DNA from: Chara braunii
Taxonomy: Eukaryota; Plantae; Charophyceae
DNA length: 60,807 nt
Reading direction: 5' to 3'
NCBI GenBank assembly: GCA_003427395.1
Contig: BFEA01000011.1
Span: forward strand, 3,909,153-3,969,959
Shown here: piece by piece, positions 52,720 to 60,807 of the stretch
How the letters are laid out: the number at the start of each line of letters is the position of its first letter
Position numbering within the stretch: the stretch's first letter is position 1
Notes under the pieces: model-generated
What the model was told of the DNA's origin: nothing
What the model saw: only the letters and a program-made list of their open reading frames with translations
The model's database searches: none
Translations under genes and position numbers: made by a program

Positions 52720-54326
52720 ATAGAAAAGCAGTAATGCCTTAGAGTGAACGGGCCTACCCCTGTACCCAAGCGAATAACGGGAGGCCAACCCAGACTTCAG
52801 ATTATTTATAGCCACAAGCAGTATGACTCCATTGTCCCGCCAGAGTCTGTTTATAGACGGTCTGGTACTCGCCTCTCCCCTGACGTTACTGCTTCTAAGT
52901 GCTGCTGAAGCCGAAAGGGCTTAAAGTTTGTGCATGCATGTGTGCACCACTTCCTAGAGCTGTCTTTCGATGCGGGCTCGTGCTTCCTTCTCCCGGGGCT
53001 CTTCACAGGCATTGACCTTCTCCCACCAGATGCCCCACAAGAATGTCGACTCTCAAGGTAGTGTGCTCTCTCACACCTCACCAAAAGAGGACTCTCTCAA
53101 GAGGAACACTCCTCGCAGTAAGAATAATAAAGGAGGGTAGATAAGGTCAGAAACAACATACCTGGTCAATGCTGCCCCCAACCACAGATTGTCTCACCAG
53201 CTGTGATGATGTGCCATTTGTTGGCCGGTCGTAGCAATGGAACCACCGACAATACAATGCAAGTGCCTCCGTAAGCAACAGTGAGCATCACCTCACTCCC
53301 AACACAAATGATGTATTCCTCAATATAGCCTTCCGGCTGTGCGCTCTCTACCCAGCGCACAATCAGCATCCCTTCAGAACGAATGTGATCACACTGCACG
53401 CATTTGGCATGTGCATGCACCGCACCAACCAAACATGCTGGAACTTAGTGGCGAGAGCCTATGAACCAGCTCTGATCACAAATTGCAAGGAAATAAGCAA
53501 TGCGAACAGCAGCAAACCAAATTGCAATATCTCACTGAAGACCAGATGCCAGTGAACCCGAAACTGAAAGCAGAAATAGGAATGAGCAAAGCATTGAAGT
53601 CTCTTGACAATGGAAGTCCACCCAACGCCTCCGGTCACCAATACATCAACAATGTATCCCTCCTATAGGCGGCTACCGCCAGTTCAACCTACAGCTACTC
53701 CTATAATCTTAGCCTACAGACTACTTCAACAGGTTCCATGTGAGATCAGCCCAATGACTCTTGAAGACTCTGATGAACAGCCTGCTTTTGTCAGCACGAG
53801 GTATGTGCCTCGTCTCCTTCACCTTCCCACAGCCTTCTTCTTCTTCTTCCTCTTCCAAGGACTCCTAGTACTTCACCACCACTTGACTATGGTCCGCATA
53901 ACTCGGCGATGGCTGCCAGACCTGCTTCCATGCTGCCACCACACACCTTCCTCTCAAGCGCTAATGCCCTGCAGATGCTCGCACAGCACTGCCACATTGT
54001 CCGAATGCCCCAATATGTACTTGGCTGCACCCTCCAGTCTTTTGTGCTGGCTGGAGAGGCCCAGCTGCCTCTGCCCAGGTGCGCGCAGTCCCAGCTTCCA
54101 GTCCCCTGGGCCCTTGCAGAATCTGCAAGAGGCCCGGCATCTTCAACAAACTCGTGGGCTGGACCTACCGGTTAGTTGAAGATGCTGGTGGCGTGCAGCA
54201 ACGACCTGGGGCCCGCAATTTCGTTCATAAAGGCCTCTACCCAGGCCACGGGCTCATTTGCAGGCCTGCCTTCACTCAGGGCAGGCACGGCCTTTTCCAA
54301 GCATGCCGAGGTCCTGAATCCTCGCA
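52720..54326 (-). mobile_element. Diverged LTR plus leader of the same Ty3 family as 28890-29409 / 47924-49384
   Basis: LTR TGCAAGGA...TCCTCGCA at 53484-54326, degenerate PBS GCTCTGATCACA, and shared leader blocks (GTTTATAGACGGTCTGG, CCCCAACCACAGATT). Confidence 0.65.
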
Positions 54327-54410
54327 CAAGATTAAAAACATAAAGACAAAATCTTGAAATCATAATCTGCACATTAAAGGCTTAGAGGCCAAGGATTAAA
54401 AAGAGAGAAG

Positions 54411-54472
54411 GTCCTTCGGGGAATCCAACAAAATTGGAACGATACAGAGAAGACTAGCATGGCCCCTGCGCA
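54411..54472 (+). pseudogene. U6: U6 snRNA copy, 5' part
   Basis: GTCCTTCGGGGA...AAAATTGGAACGATACAGAGAAGACTAGCATGGCCCCTGCGCA, with a plant-type 5' stem and the ACAGAGA box. Confidence 0.93.
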
Positions 54473-56326
54473 CTCTCCAGCGCTGGCAATAGTAGATCAG
54501 CCAAAATGCCACGTCATGATTGAAGCGCGCGATAGCGCTAACATTGGCGCCATGGCATGGGAGATGGGGGCGTTGCGAACGTGGGCGTGGCTGCTGGTAT
54601 GGGTGCACGCTTCGGGGGGGACGCGTGGACGCTGCTGGTGGGTGCGTTGGCAAGGCCGCCAAGGCATGAGGGCGTGCGCAGCAGCTGGCAGAGCGGGTGG
54701 GCGTGCATGGTAGGGCAAGCGTGTGATGTTGGCAGCGTGGGTGGAGGCTTCTAGCAAAGTCTGCAGACGCTGCCAGTGGTCGGGCGAGCGCTAGCATGCA
54801 CGCGGGCACAGCTGGCTGGTGAGCGGATGTGGCAGTCACTTGCTGACTGGCCATGCCGCCACATCAGCATTGACTTGGCGTCGTCATCTTCTGAAGCTGG
54901 GGCGGGTGTTGGCTAGTTGGGAAGATTTCTTTGGGGGGATTACATGGCGAGAACGTGGAATAATAATGTCACTTGATACCTCCTGTCCTTTGAAAGCACA
55001 TTGTGCCATCTCGCTGCTTCGCGCTCCATTCGGGGGATGCTACAGGCTAGCATGTCGAATGGAGGGGAGCTTGCTTTCTTTTGAAAACAAAGCTCCTTGA
55101 CGAATCACTCTCGCTCTTTTACTTGCGGGTTATAGTGGAGGGAGGTTGGCTTGCCGCGAGGGGAGAAGAGAAGAGTGTTATCATGGGGAGTGGGAGGAGG
55201 ATCGACAAAAGATATTGAGTGCGGACTCTTCGAGCGTTGCAACAGTCTCTGCAAGAGGAAGCTGCTTCGACTTGGGGACTTTCTTCTTCGGCTCGCCAGC
55301 ATGGTCTTCTCCTTTTCATCATTGGTGATGATCAACAGGGCTCATCTTCATCTTCATCAGCATTTTCCTTGTCATCATCAACATTGGTAGTGACAACCCT
55401 ACTTATCATCATCATCTTCATCAGCATCATCGTCATCATCATTATCATCATCATCATCATATGGCGCGTGAGACTGGAAGGATTGGGGGGATAATTGATT
55501 CACCACGTTCCGTCCTGTCTTTCTTCTCTTTTCATTTAGTCTTCTACCTATCTCACTCTCCTCTTCCTTTCTCTTGTGCTTAGTCTTTTTCTCTGCTCTC
55601 GCCTGTTTGCTGCTTGGATGTTGGGGCTTCTGCTGCTGCTTCGTTTTTGGGAGTTCTGAGCGCTGTTTCACCGTTCCGGGTGCTCTGCACTGCTTCTGAG
55701 AGGGAAGAAGGAGATTGGGACAACAATGTATGAAGTGGCGGGGTGGAAGAGTGGAGGAAGGGGCGGGGTGCAGAGGAGGAAGAGGGTAAAAGAGGGAGAT
55801 GATGGGAGTGTGACTAGGGGGAAAGGGAGGTTACAAGGATAAGGATAGAAGGAGGGCGAGGAAGGGGGGCGGGGTGTTTTCACGGAGAGAGGCGGGCACA
55901 TGGGTAGAGAGACGTTACAACCGAGAATCTGGATCGTGGCGGCACCCTATTGGCTGAAGGCCTCAAACACATTTGATTTTTTTTTTCTTTTCTTTTTTCT
56001 TGTCTGACATCGTTCGAAGGAAATGTCCTCGGGCGACGTCCCCGAGGACAGGTGGAACGATGGCGGGAATTTCCTTGAAAACCCCCAAGGAAACTTCCTT
56101 CGGCCCCGAGGACGCCCCAAGGAGTGTCGAACGAGCCCCATAGTCTTTATACTAATCATCATCATCTTTAGCATCATCATCATTAGTATGATTATCAAAC
56201 AGTTTACACAGAAATTCATCATCATCATCATTATCATATGAGTGATGCTGAGCCCGGTTCTCAGCATGTTCTGTTCGGTCACTCCGGGTAGACTGTGAGA
56301 GGTAATATCAGCCTTCGGCATTGGGC

Positions 56327-56364
<38 letters not shown>
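54473..56364 (+). mobile_element. ~1.9-kb non-coding polyA retroposon inserted within U6
   Basis: Lies between the two U6 halves. Ends in a structured-family tail (56246-56333) plus polyA. No RT-like ORF. Confidence 0.8.
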
Positions 56365-56368
<4 letters not shown>

Positions 56369-56398
56369 TGATGCACACAAATCGAGAAATGGTACAAA
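56365..56398 (+). pseudogene. U6: U6 snRNA copy, 3' part
   Basis: AAGATGATGCACACAAATCGAGAAATGGTACAAA resembles plant U6 AGGATGACACGCA-AAATCGAGAAATGGTCCAAA. Confidence 0.85.
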
Positions 56399-56857
56399 AC
56401 AAAGAAGAAAAGAAAAACGTTCTCCTCACCTCCACCGGATTCTCGCTTGCACCCTGTCGCATGAGGCTCAGACTTTGCAGTGCAGCTGACATCCCCTCTG
56501 AAAGGTCCGGAGCTAGAACGTTTGTTACTGTTGCCATGGCCTCCACAGACTTTCCAAAATGCTCCAAGCGTGTGGGTTGATCGATTTGTTGAACCGTTTC
56601 CTGCAACCCACCGAGCCAGCAAGGGTGAGCATTCCATTCCTCATAACATAATTAGGGACAGACTGGCAAAACCAGATTACCTTTTTCTCCCTTTCTTTTT
56701 CTCCTGTTTTATGCAATATTACCATAGCCCAAAACCTGATTTTCTGAGCACTTGGAGTGATATTTTTGCATTTTTTTTTTTACCGGCTCTTCTCAAAATC
56801 TGATCGTGATATTCTGAGAACCTTTTTTTAAAGAAAAAAACAGAAAAAGAAAAGACC

Positions 56858-57030
56858 TGCTGAGCCTGCTAGGTCTGGTGATAAGAGTACCCACTCCTAA
56901 CAGCTTCTGCAAGTGACTCCAGTCTATTGGTGGGGAGTGGCACCTGCTGGAAACCAGGTCCAGCGTGACTCCAGTCTATTGGTGGGGAGTGGCACCTGCT
57001 GGAAAGCGGGTCCAGCGTCCCATATGCAAA
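56858..57030 (-). mobile_element. Retroposon 3' tail (structured family) with an internal ~52-bp duplication
   Basis: GACTCCAGTCTATTGGTGGGGAG...TCCAGCGT occurs twice, with a CTCTTATCA-loop hairpin. Confidence 0.65.
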
Positions 57031-57426
57031 TATTAGAACAAAAAAAACATAACCGTGTCCCCATAGGTTGAAGCCCGCTGCTTCAGTCCATTCTGGACCG
57101 CCAGATTTCCAGACTACACAGCCCAACCCTTGAAGTTGGATGAAATAATTAAGAGAGAATTAATAGCATCCTCCCAGAATGGGAAAAGTGGGAATGGCTG
57201 GGTGGGGAAGTGCAGGGAGACTTCTCAGAGAAAAAGTTCCATCTCAATTTTAATGATTGGTTCTCTTTGCCGACTGGAGCAGTGCTAAGACCCCCTTTTT
57301 TATTTGCTGATCTTTGTCCATTTTCAAACCTGTCTTTACAATGAGTCGAATATCTTAAGAGAAACAAAGGGAATAGCTAGCATTTACGATTTTGTGGCGC
57401 CTTTTCTAGGGTGAAGAGGCAAAATA

Positions 57427-57663
57427 ACTGCCATTTCGTCAAAATGGACATCTTTTATTTTTTGAACGAAATTGAAACCGAGTTTTTTGGCCGAAAACTC
57501 GTCAAAATTTGTTGTTCCTGAGGGTCCGGCGTTTGTAAAACGCTGGCCCCCTGGCTGTACATGGACCTAGCTTGAGACCAGGTACCTCCAGGCAGTCCTG
57601 CCTGGAGGTGCCTGGTCTCAAGCTAGGACCCTCAGGACCAACAAATTTTGACGAAATGGTCGT
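57427..57663. mobile_element. MITE with TA flanks and an internal palindrome
   Basis: TIR ACTGCCATTTCGTCAAAAT / ATTTTGACGAAATGGTCGT. Internal ~30-bp-arm palindrome at ~57566-57627. Confidence 0.6.
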
Positions 57664-57802
57664 TAAATCCCCTCTGTTATCTATACCCGAGCCAAAGACA
57701 GTTCTCAAGGATACCAAATCCGCCATGTCTGCAATAAGTCCGGCCAAACAAAACATGTTCTTGTATTGGCCGCCATCATCTTCTCCATAGCCACAGAGCT
57801 CT

Positions 57803-57947
57803 TGAGGGACGCTGAGCCCGGTTCTCAGCATGTTCTGATCTTTCATTCCGGGTAGACTGTGAGGACCCCGACCTCAAAATTCTCATTGGGGATATCAGCC
57901 TTGGGCACTGGGCCGGTTCCAAAAAAAAAAAAAAAAAAAAAAAAAAA
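57803..57947 (+). mobile_element. Retroposon 3' tail plus polyA, same subfamily as the U6 insert
   Basis: GCTGAGCCCGGTTCTCAGCATGTTCTG...CCGGGTAGACTGTGAG...ATATCAGCCTT shared with 56246-56333. Confidence 0.75.
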
Positions 57948-58489
57948 GGGATCCTCCCAGAATCCTGTACCTTCCCTTTTTTGGCCAATTCCAGGGAAAA
58001 AATCCAAGAAGTGAAGAAACAGCAATATGCAGACACCACCGGACTGACTGAACTTGCCTGTAATCTGGACTGCACCCACAGGACCTCATATTACCCCTCT
58101 TCCCTCAACCTTCTAACCGATACCATTGCAAATCTACTAATGCAAGTTAAGAAGGAGGGAAGGGATCTGGAAAGAATTCTGGAGGTCGTAGCAAGGCACC
58201 CGGCTGGATTCTGAACCAATCAAGAAATCTGATTTGACAGTCCCTCTTGAGGAAGACTAAGAAGGACTAAGCCTCCTCACCACCTGACCTTTCTCCCAGC
58301 CAATCCGAACTTTCCGAAGTGAATTGTTTGATGATCTTTTTTATATCTTCTTTCTGTTGGCAAGCACGTAATTGGTTTTACACTTGCTAAACTGTGCTCT
58401 CACCTCAGTTTGCAGGAATTGTTTAACAGTCTCTCATTAATAAAACGAGCATGGGACGGATGTATAGCATCTGCCATGAACTTGTCAAG

Positions 58490-58778
58490 TGATTGTGATT
58501 ATTCGACGAAATTCCTCCAGCAGTAGCAATGATGCAACAATAGAAACTCATACCAAGTGCACATAAACAAATGAAAAAGAAGCCAATGAAACGAGAAGAG
58601 GACGAAGAAAGAAGAAGAAGAAGAAGGAGGAGGAGAAAAGAAAGGGACACAGGATATACGCGAAAAAGCTCCCGAACGCGACATTAAAAATATACAATGA
58701 AGAACAAGCGGTAGTGACCCGACTGGTTTCGGCCGGCCTGCCACCGGCGACTCATCAGGGGTCTTGGTCCGTCGTGAG
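58490..58778 (-). mobile_element. 289-bp hammerhead-bearing retroelement (Penelope pseudo-LTR or retrozyme-like)
   Basis: 14-bp TSD ATGAACTTGTCAAG (58476-58489 / 58779-58792) and an internal hammerhead. Confidence 0.75.
58716..58763 (-). ncRNA. Minimal type I hammerhead ribozyme
   Basis: GACCC-CUGAUGA-GUCGCCGGUGGCAGGCCGGCC-GAAA-CCA-GUC^GGGUC: 5-bp stem I, intact core, stem II and a 2-bp stem III. Confidence 0.8.
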
Positions 58779-58934
58779 ATGAACTTGTCAAGGCCTTGAC
58801 TAGCCTCTTATACACCACAATGAGGACCATGCTAGGAAGATAATTCCTAGTGTTAGTCTTATGACTCTTTATCTCCTCTCTTATGAAGTAAGGTGAGGAT
58901 TCTCGGACCCACTGTTTCCCTCATCGGACCCACT

Positions 58935-58967
<33 letters not shown>

Positions 58968-59100
58968 NTGTAGAGGCCAGTTACTAGGCACACATTGATC
59001 GCCGGAAGCGGTCAGCCGTGGTCGCTCTGAGGCGAGGCCACCACCCATCCCATCCTCGCGTCAATACTCCTACCGCATCCCCTATCCCTACTATCCTACC
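58935..59100 (-). mobile_element. Short polyA-tailed retroposon 3' end
   Basis: A poly-T run followed by ~130 bp unrelated to the surrounding LINE reading frame. Confidence 0.5.
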
Positions 59101-59979
59101 TCAGTGTTCTCATAATAATCCACAAGTTCTAAAGATATAGACGGTCAGATGGCATCCCATAATTCTTTAGGAAGCCCATCTTACTCTTTAGTCAATAGAT
59201 TCTCTGGATGGTCCAATTGCTCTGGTCTTAGTGTTTGTGTAAGTGGGATGAGAAACCTGTCTATGGCTATATCATCCTCCTCAGGCTGAAAATCTTGTGG
59301 ATTCTTAGATGATGTAAATTCCCCCGGCCCGGTCCCCGGCCCTATAGCCCCACCCCCGCCACCACTCATCCCCGCCCCCGCCGGCTGTTGGGCCCGCCCC
59401 CAGCCCTGCACCCACGGCTACCCCAGTCCCACCAGTGCTGGGTGTGGCCCCGGGGCGGGTCCAGGGTGGGGCACAAAACCCCATTTTGGGGGTTTAGCCC
59501 ACGGGGTGTGGGATCTCGCTGCGCACCCCCAACTTCTTTTTTCTTTTCTTTTCTTTTTTTGGGGGGGGCGGGGCGAGTCTCCGGAGCCGGGGCTGGGGGT
59601 GCCCACCACCGGCCCCTGCACGCCCGCTGGGGCCTCGGGGCCGGGGTTCAACAACCTTGCCTACCGTACCCAAAAAAAAAACGGGTCGACCGCAAGAAAA
59701 GAAGTTAAAATAGTGCGGTGGTGCGAAAAAAAAAATTCAGGTTTTTTCTGCCTCGGTGCGAGAGCCGCCCTGGGCGCCATTCTGGGCACGGTGGGGTACG
59801 TCGGGCGCTCGGGCTGGAAAGCTAGTATGCAATCTTCAGGCTGCCGGTCGATGAGGATGCGTACGTACTAGGGTGCTAACTGGGATTGAATAAAGTTTGT
59901 ATGGTATTCCTTTATGCTCGTGCTCTTGCTCAAGCAAAAAAGATGACATCCATTTGACCTTCTGTCTCATGCTTAGTAA

Positions 59980-60402
59980 GGGTAGGACCCACAGGACGGC
60001 AGCAAACAGTTTCGGAAGTCTTCAACTTTCAGCCGACTGCCCACCGCCAACGGAGATGATGAAACAGAGGGGACCACACCGCCACCGCGAAATGTTGCTT
60101 TTGCGTCGAAGGCGGTTACCCAAAAAGGAAATTCTGGGGCAGTTGTCCTTTTCGGGAAAGGTTGGGGCCTGGAAGGCCATTCCAGGTCCCTTACCAGTGG
60201 TTGTAATGCAAGGGCTGCCGACTTCCGTCCGCATTTGCCAGAATACGCACCCGGGAGGTAGGTAAACAGACCGAGTATTGGAAAACGGGAATTTAGGGCC
60301 ATGTAGGAAGGGGTTGTGGACCGAGTGCAAACGGTTGCCCGTTGTCTTCCGCAACGGGAATCTTGGTCTGTGGGTTTGCCGCCGTCCTGTGGGGTCCTAC
60401 CC
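59980..60402. mobile_element. Tourist-like (PIF/Harbinger) MITE
   Basis: TAA TSD (59977-59979 / 60403-60405). ~28-bp TIR GGGTAGGACCC(C)ACAGGACGGC, related to the TIR at 646/5688. Confidence 0.88.
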
Positions 60403-60703
60403 TAAGTTTTCCTCCGATCAAAGTAACCTTACCAACGTTTTTGAGCAAAGCTTAGGAGTTGATTCCTCAACCTCGGGATATTGACTTGTTCTGGGAGTGT
60501 GACTAACTAACTGGTCACTTTGTTAGAACAAGTGGACCCGCCGCAGCCACGCTGCGGCAGAGGAGAGGGACGAAGAGGGGGGCGGGGCTGTTGTAGTTAC
60601 ATTGCCGTTTTTTTTTATTTTTTATTTTTTTTGTCATCATATTCGCTATACACTAAAAAAAAAACATGACTGCGGCAGACTGTTTCCGAGTGATCAGGAG
60701 GTT

Positions 60704-60740
60704 GTGTGTGTTTGTGTGTGTGTGTGTGTGTGAGAGAGAG

Positions 60741-60807
<67 letters not shown>
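60704..60807. repeat. (TG)n/(GA)n/(CT)n microsatellite
   Basis: Directly visible. Confidence 0.95.

Larger units (their letters stand above)
58400..59320 (-). pseudogene. Old LINE ORF2 fragment broken by two insertions
   Basis: EDDIAIDRFL...DGLPKEL; TVGPRILTLLHKRGDK; NTRNY...VVYKRLVKAL; MADAIHPSHARFIN. Collinear with ORF2 at ~13050-13500. Confidence 0.8.

Noticed and set aside
54326-54411. LTR ending ~85 bp upstream of U6, suggesting Ty3-like Pol III targeting
   Set aside because: No USE or TATA is visible upstream, the U6 copy looks like a pseudogene, and adjacency is expected by chance at this TE density.
58398-58490. Possible host exon ending at a GTGAG donor
   Set aside because: It translates as LINE RT (IHPSHARFIN), collinear with the neighbouring fragment.

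Overview
Repeat-dense eukaryotic nuclear DNA with several N-gaps. The plant-type U6 sequence, the TE repertoire and the base composition suggest a streptophyte, probably a Chara-like alga (inference). The only host gene I can support is a minus-strand VWA/Cache (alpha2delta/CACHD1-like) gene. Two of its exons (50230-50572 and 6809-6936) join in phase across a ~43.3-kb intron filled with nested TEs: a full-length degenerate L1/Tx1-type LINE, a second LINE interrupted by a 2.9-kb non-coding polyA retroposon, a minus-strand Ty3/gypsy remnant, and an 18.5-kb Ty3/gypsy element with ~4.3-kb LTRs. A decayed PIF/Harbinger element and several MITEs lie outside that intron. Three RNA-level signals stand out. 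(1) A family of retroposon 3' tails shares a conserved RNA structure, with covarying stems and a conserved, U2-like CUCUUAUCA loop. (2) One member of this family splits a U6 snRNA copy. (3) A 289-bp TSD-flanked element carries a minimal type I hammerhead ribozyme. A Nextera junction adapter and duplicated LTR segments are assembly artefacts.
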